In this document: in pieces, positions 27,059-32,000 of the stretch
Numbering within the stretch: the stretch's first letter is position 1
How the letters are laid out: each line of letters starts with the position of its first letter
Assembly: GCF_009557235.1 (NCBI RefSeq)
Contig: NZ_CP045650.1
Location: 2,280,001 to 2,312,000 of the forward strand
Length of the DNA: 32,000 nucleotides
DNA from: Acinetobacter wanghuae
Lineage (GTDB): Bacteria > Pseudomonadota > Gammaproteobacteria > Pseudomonadales > Moraxellaceae
Reading direction: 5' to 3'
Position numbers and translations under genes: made by a program
The notes under the pieces: generated by a model
The model's input: only the letters and a program-made list of their open reading frames with translations
The model's database searches: none
Told to the model about the DNA's origin: nothing

Positions 27059-27955
27059 CTAACGAACTCCAATATGTTGATGTAAGAAGTCTAATTGGGT
27101 CGCAATGGCTTTTTCAAACCATTCACCATGATAAATATCAAAATGTTTAATATTCCACTCATGATATTCAGCAAATGGCGCAAGATTGGTCGCTGTTTCA
27201 CGACTTGATTCAATTGGAATCAGACTGTCTTTTTGTGCGGCAATAAATAAGACCGGAATACGAATATTACGGACGTCTTGAATCGGACGGTAACGAATTA
27301 AGTGAAAAAAGATCCGTGCAGGAATCGCGCCACTCCAATAATAATCTGAATTAACAATAGATAAATAGCCATCATAACTATCAGGTGTCGGCATCACGCA
27401 TAAATCGGTTGGATGCACCACCTCTAAGGTCTTTGGTAACATGCCAACTTTTGAGCCCATATAATCCTGACTCGATAACTTTAAAGCGCGAGGCAAATAA
27501 TGCAGCGGATATTGTTTGACGCTTTCTGCCCCATCGACAAAGGGAATTTGTACCATGACAGCTTGCAGATTTTGCATTTGCGCGGCAAGCGTAAGGACAT
27601 GCCCACCACTCAGTGATGTACCCCACAGCACGACACGTTTGGTATCCACAGATTTACGCTGTTTGACGTGCGCAATCATGGTCTGCCAATCTTCAAGCTG
27701 CGCACTAATCGAGACCAATTCACGTGGACGACCTGTACTGCCACCCCAATAACGATAGTCAAATAAAATCACCGCATAACCGGCTGCTGCAAAACGTTTT
27801 GCATAATCCATCAGTTTAAAATGACGTAATGCCGCTAAACCATGTGCCATTAAAATTACAGCAGGCTTTTCAATGTGTTTTGGGCGATAAAAATCTGCAG
27901 CAATCACGTCCTGACCACTTTTGACATACAGTGGTTCGACTGTATAGGCGTGCAT
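27059..27955 (-). CDS. Alpha/beta-fold hydrolase
   Basis: 298 aa with an oxyanion region ILMAHG, a nucleophile elbow LWGTSLSGGH and a late ...KHFDIYHG histidine. Its TAG stop abuts the trxC ATG (TAGATG), indicating one operon. Confidence 0.75.
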   Translation of the reverse strand: MHAYTVEPLYVKSGQDVIAADFYRPKHIEKPAVILMAHGLAALRHFKLMDYAKRFAAAGYAVILFDYRYWGGSTGRPRELVSISAQLEDWQTMIAHVKQRKSVDTKRVVLWGTSLSGGHVLTLAAQMQNLQAVMVQIPFVDGAESVKQYPLHYLPRALKLSSQDYMGSKVGMLPKTLEVVHPTDLCVMPTPDSYDGYLSIVNSDYYWSGAIPARIFFHLIRYRPIQDVRNIRIPVLFIAAQKDSLIPIESSRETATNLAPFAEYHEWNIKHFDIYHGEWFEKAIATQLDFLHQHIGVR

Positions 27956-28079
27956 ACGCGCTCCATTGCGTTATTTTTTAGTATCAATCATTTATAAAAA
28001 CTTAAGAACATTCTGCTCATTTTTGTGCTTAATGCTATCATAAAGCATATCTTGATAAATGAAATGATGGAGTGACATC

Positions 28080-28415
28080 ATGAGTGAAAATGTAGGTTTT
28101 GCAGGTCAAATCTCACCTGAACAAGTATCTCAAGTACATGAAAAAGGTTTTAAATCGATCATTAATAACCGTCCAGATATGGAAGGTGGTCCTGATCAAC
28201 CGACCAGCGCACAAATTGAAGAAGCAGCACGCAATGCAGGCTTAGATTACGTCTATCAACCTGTGGTTGCCGGTCAAATTACGGAACTTGATGTACGTGC
28301 ATTTGCAAATCACTACAATGAATTGCCAAAACCTTTGTTAATGTTCTGTCGTACAGGCAATCGCTCAAATAATTTGTACCAACTTGCCAAACAAATGGAT
28401 TTATTAGATGACTAA
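28080..28415 (+). CDS. DUF442 / TIGR01244-family sulfurtransferase-like protein (cytoplasmic)
   Basis: 111 aa with no signal peptide and the motif NNRPD...YVYQPV..GQIT...YNELPKPLLMFCRTGNRS (conserved Cys-x4-Arg-Ser loop). A GGAG SD lies 7 nt upstream. Confidence 0.72.
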   Translation: MSENVGFAGQISPEQVSQVHEKGFKSIINNRPDMEGGPDQPTSAQIEEAARNAGLDYVYQPVVAGQITELDVRAFANHYNELPKPLLMFCRTGNRSNNLYQLAKQMDLLDD

Positions 28416-28830
28416 GTCATTCTGGAAAAGTGCTGTATTTCTCAGCATTTTTGCCGTGTCCTCTATGAGTATGGCAACCAGTCATTTAAGTCGTGCACTG
28501 ACCGAAAACGTGAGTGTCACGGGGCAAATGAGTATTGATAAATTTCAAAAGTTGATCAATGAAGGCTTTAAAGCCGTGATTGTGAATCGCCCTGATCAAG
28601 AACCTGGTAACTTGGTGACAGTGAGCCAATTACGTAGTATTGCGGAACGATCTCACGTCAGTGTGATTTATCAACCTGTGACAAGTGGGCAAATTACGCA
28701 AGCGAATATTACAGAATTTGCTAAATATTATAATGAGTTACCCAAACCTATTTTAATGGTGTGTCGCAGTGGTACTCGTTCAGCAGATTTGTTCAACCAG
28801 GCGCAAGCACAAGGACTTATTCATGAATAA
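28408..28830 (+). CDS. DUF442 / TIGR01244-family paralogue with signal peptide (periplasmic)
   Basis: 140 aa. Signal peptide MTKSFWKSAVFLSIFAVSSMSMA, then VNRPD...VIYQPV.SGQIT...YNELPKPILMVCRSGTRS, clearly paralogous to the preceding gene. The start overlaps the upstream stop codon (ATGACTAA). Confidence 0.72.
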   Translation: MTKSFWKSAVFLSIFAVSSMSMATSHLSRALTENVSVTGQMSIDKFQKLINEGFKAVIVNRPDQEPGNLVTVSQLRSIAERSHVSVIYQPVTSGQITQANITEFAKYYNELPKPILMVCRSGTRSADLFNQAQAQGLIHE

Positions 28831-28927
28831 ACTCTTACTCATCTTATGTTGTACTCTCGTATTTACCGGCTGTAGTTCAATGAACGTCAGACCGACCGTC
28901 GGTGTCAGCGTTGGTAGTAGCATCTAA
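28823..28927 (+). CDS. Unannotated 34-aa mini-lipoprotein
   Basis: Below the ORF-track size cutoff. My translation is MNKLLLILCCTLVFTGCSSMNVRPTVGVSVGSSI. It has a signal peptide plus lipobox (FTG-C), an AAGGA SD 7 nt upstream, a start that overlaps the previous stop (ATGAATAA), and a strong terminator directly downstream. Confidence 0.6.
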   Translation: MNKLLLILCCTLVFTGCSSMNVRPTVGVSVGSSI

Positions 28928-28928
28928 G

Positions 28929-28960
28929 AAATAAACGGCTCATGGGCCGTTTATTTATTG
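28929..28960 (+). terminator. Rho-independent terminator ending the DUF442 operon
   Basis: AAATAAACGGC-tcatgg-GCCGTTTATTTATT, an 11-bp stem. Confidence 0.8.
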
Positions 28961-29030
28961 CAAAACTCTTCTAGCCGATCAATGGTAAGTATGCTAAGAC
29001 TGTTTAATATGCTTATCACGATCTTGCGTT

Positions 29031-30413
29031 ATGTACGACCTTATTATCATTGGTGCAGGTACTGCTGGTATTTCAGCGTATAAAGAAGCACTTAAATACA
29101 CTCATAATCTTTTAATTATCAATGACGGACCTTGGGACACCACTTGTGCTCGAGTAGGCTGTATGCCGAGTAAAGTTCTCATTTCATCGGCAAATCGTGC
29201 TTATGACATACAACATTTAGATGGCTTAGGTTTAAGCGCTCAAGTTGAGCTTGATACATCTCAAGTGATGCAACATTTACAGCAATTACGACATCGATTT
29301 ATTCGCGCTACTCTAAAAGATGTCGATTCTTGGAAAGCTGAACATAAAATTTCAGGTCGCGCGGAATTTATAAATGCGAATACGATTCAAGTGAATGGCT
29401 CAACCTATCAAGCAAAACACTTTATTCTCGCTGTCGGTTCTACGCCAAATGTGGATGCCGATCTTAAAGAAAAATTAGGTGGTAGACTTATTACAACTGA
29501 CCAAATATTTGAGTTAGAACAATTACCCGCTTCACTCGCTGTGATTGGTAGTGGTGTCATTGCGATAGAAATTGCGCAAGCCATGCATCGTCTAGGGGTG
29601 AAAACTGATATTTTCGCGCGAAGTCGCAAAGTCGGTTCATTGGCTAGTCCAAAGCTACAAGAACTTGCTCAAAATGAATTAGCGAAGGAACTCAATCTGC
29701 ATTTTGAAACCCTACCTGAAGCTTACAGAACAATAGAAAATAGCGTGGAAATTATTTATCAAAAAGATGATCAACAACACGTTTTAAATGTCGATTATGT
29801 CTTGTCAGCTACGGGTCGGAAAACCCGTTTAAATACGCTTAAACTCGAAAATATAACTGCTCAATTTAAAGATCTAAAAGACTTACCAGTTCATCCTCAA
29901 ACCAAGCAACTTTCTGATTATCCTATTTATATTGTAGGAGATGCACATACCGATACCCCTATTCAACACGAAGCAGCGCATGAAGGGAAAATGATTGCCA
30001 AACATATTTTAATCGATGGCAAAGCATCTCATGTAAAAACACTCGCGCCTTTAGGAATCGTATTTTGCTCACCACAAATGGCATCAATTGGTCAGAATTT
30101 TAAAACGTTAACTGATCAAAAAGTTGATTTCGTAACAGGATTTATTGATTACTCAAAGCAAGGGCGTGCCATTGTAAATAGCAAAAACCAAGGTGCTGCT
30201 GAAATTTATGTTGATAAATCGTCAAGAAAAATTTTAGGTGCGGAGCTTTTCTGTTATGAAGCAGAGCATTTAGCACATTTACTTGCTTGGATGATTACAG
30301 AGTCACTTAGCGTTGATGACTTACTTGATAAGCCCTTCTATCACCCTACGATTGAAGAAGGTTTAAGAACTGCTTTAAAGCATACAAGACGGCAACTGAA
30401 TACAAATGAGTGA
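29031..30413 (+). CDS. Class-I pyridine nucleotide-disulfide oxidoreductase (dihydrolipoyl dehydrogenase-like, substrate unknown)
   Basis: 460 aa: FAD motif IIIGAGTAGISA, redox-active disulfide TCARVGCMPSK (Cys-x4-Cys), NAD motif AVIGSGVIAIE, C-terminal dimer-interface HPTIEE His-Glu pair. No adjacent E1/E2 genes. Confidence 0.85.
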   Translation: MYDLIIIGAGTAGISAYKEALKYTHNLLIINDGPWDTTCARVGCMPSKVLISSANRAYDIQHLDGLGLSAQVELDTSQVMQHLQQLRHRFIRATLKDVDSWKAEHKISGRAEFINANTIQVNGSTYQAKHFILAVGSTPNVDADLKEKLGGRLITTDQIFELEQLPASLAVIGSGVIAIEIAQAMHRLGVKTDIFARSRKVGSLASPKLQELAQNELAKELNLHFETLPEAYRTIENSVEIIYQKDDQQHVLNVDYVLSATGRKTRLNTLKLENITAQFKDLKDLPVHPQTKQLSDYPIYIVGDAHTDTPIQHEAAHEGKMIAKHILIDGKASHVKTLAPLGIVFCSPQMASIGQNFKTLTDQKVDFVTGFIDYSKQGRAIVNSKNQGAAEIYVDKSSRKILGAELFCYEAEHLAHLLAWMITESLSVDDLLDKPFYHPTIEEGLRTALKHTRRQLNTNE

Positions 30414-30419
30414 AATCTA

Positions 30420-30815
30420 TCAGGGAGTATAGTAATAACTCATATTCCCTGTCGATAATGCTGTAATAAAAGCATATTCCACATAATATTGAGTGATATT
30501 TAAAAGATATAGTGCTGCACCCACAATAATAAATACAACTATGCCCGACATAACAGGTGCTGCTTTATGTTCAGCATGATTATATTTTCGTGTTTGCACC
30601 ACAACATTCTGAAGCTTTCTGCGATTTATATAAAATTGTTTAAAGATAGGTAGATGTAAAATTAAAAAATGCATCAGAACAATCCCAAGTATCCAACATA
30701 AGAGCACCATCCAATAATTTAAGAGCAAGCTTTTAGGATACATGACAATCACAATAAAAATTGCTGAAATCAAAATGTTTAATAGCAAATAGTGAGGATA
30801 AAACTTCCTATGCAT
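30420..30815 (-). CDS. Hypothetical small membrane protein (131 aa, 4 TM)
   Basis: Hydrophobic ORF in a visibly AT-rich stretch; no recognisable motif. It lies 55 nt downstream of the rRNA operon terminator. Confidence 0.55.
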   Translation of the reverse strand: MHRKFYPHYLLLNILISAIFIVIVMYPKSLLLNYWMVLLCWILGIVLMHFLILHLPIFKQFYINRRKLQNVVVQTRKYNHAEHKAAPVMSGIVVFIIVGAALYLLNITQYYVEYAFITALSTGNMSYYYTP

Positions 30816-30870
30816 TTTTTGTAATCATTTTATATCTCTTATCATAAGTTTAACTTTTTTCCGCGCATAG

Positions 30871-30905
30871 AAAAACCCCCTCAATCTTTTGATTGAGGGG
30901 GTTTT
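30871..30905 (-). terminator. Rho-independent terminator of the rRNA operon
   Basis: The minus strand reads CCCCCTCAATC-aaaa-GATTGAGGGGG followed by TTTTT, beginning 9 nt after the 5S 3' end. Confidence 0.85.
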
Positions 30906-30913
30906 GAATTAAT

Positions 30914-31029
30914 GAGCTGGCGATGACTTACTCTCACATGGGTAATCCCACACTACCATCAGCGCTAAGAGGTTTCACTTCTGAGTTCGGGAAGGGATCA
31001 GGTGGTTCACTCTTGCTATTGTCGCCAGC
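30914..31029 (-). rRNA. rrf: 5S ribosomal RNA
   Basis: The reverse complement reads GCTGGCGACAATAGCAAGAGTGAACCACCTGATCCCTTCCCGAACTCAGAAGTGAAACCTCTTAGCGCTGATGGTAGTGTGGGATTACCCATGTGAGAGTAAGTCATCGCCAGCTC. This is a canonical gammaproteobacterial 5S with the CCGAAC and GATGGTAGTGTGGGG-like boxes. Confidence 0.95.
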
Positions 31030-31207
31030 ACAACTGTTTATGATTACTCGCTATGGTCTTAGTTGCTTTCGCATGCCTAGCTTTGGTCAAAAGAGTTATT
31101 AACAGAGATATTTGAGTATCGATGTGTTGTTTAATTTTACTTAGCTTTCAAACTAAATCAAGTTGTTTTGTAGTGATTTCGACTACAACACCAACTGTTT
31201 GGGTGTT

Positions 31208-32000
<793 letters not shown>

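Overview
The window looks like a core chromosomal segment of an Acinetobacter-like gammaproteobacterium (Moraxellaceae). This placement rests on the AT-rich coding style and on a 5S rRNA that matches my recollection of Acinetobacter 5S; I could not run a search. It is densely packed with housekeeping genes. In order: cysM (5' fragment); divergent gacS/barA-type hybrid sensor kinase; a crotonase / 3-hydroxyisobutyrate-dehydrogenase-like / hydroxypyruvate-isomerase operon; rsfS; an amt plus unknown-202-aa operon with a sigma-54 promoter; pntAA-pntAB-pntB; an 896-bp AT-rich non-coding gap; an MFS transporter; a histidine-free 219-aa unknown protein; dusA; a lipoprotein; coaBC; radC; bestrophin; trpH; yciB; yciI; mnmC; rhodanese; yajQ; a hotdog protein; a secreted SnoaL-like protein; a yciA-trxC-hydrolase operon; two tandem DUF442/TIGR01244 genes plus an untracked 34-aa lipoprotein; a class-I flavoprotein disulfide reductase; an orphan membrane protein; and the 3' end of an rRNA operon (5S and partial 23S, minus strand). 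I found no integrase, transposase, CRISPR array, restriction-modification or toxin-antitoxin hallmark, and no obvious genomic-island boundary. I therefore cannot point to a clear-cut novel system. The best candidates for undescribed biology are: (1) the sigma-54-driven amt gene translationally linked to an uncharacterised 202-aa acidic protein in place of a glnK partner; (2) the cytoplasmic/periplasmic DUF442 pair coupled to a mini-lipoprotein within a thiol-redox neighbourhood; (3) the 219-aa protein next to dusA, which looks like a HEPN-type protein lacking its catalytic residues; (4) the long non-coding gap carrying a duplicated 20-nt palindromic motif. All functional calls come from by-eye motif recognition without database searches.
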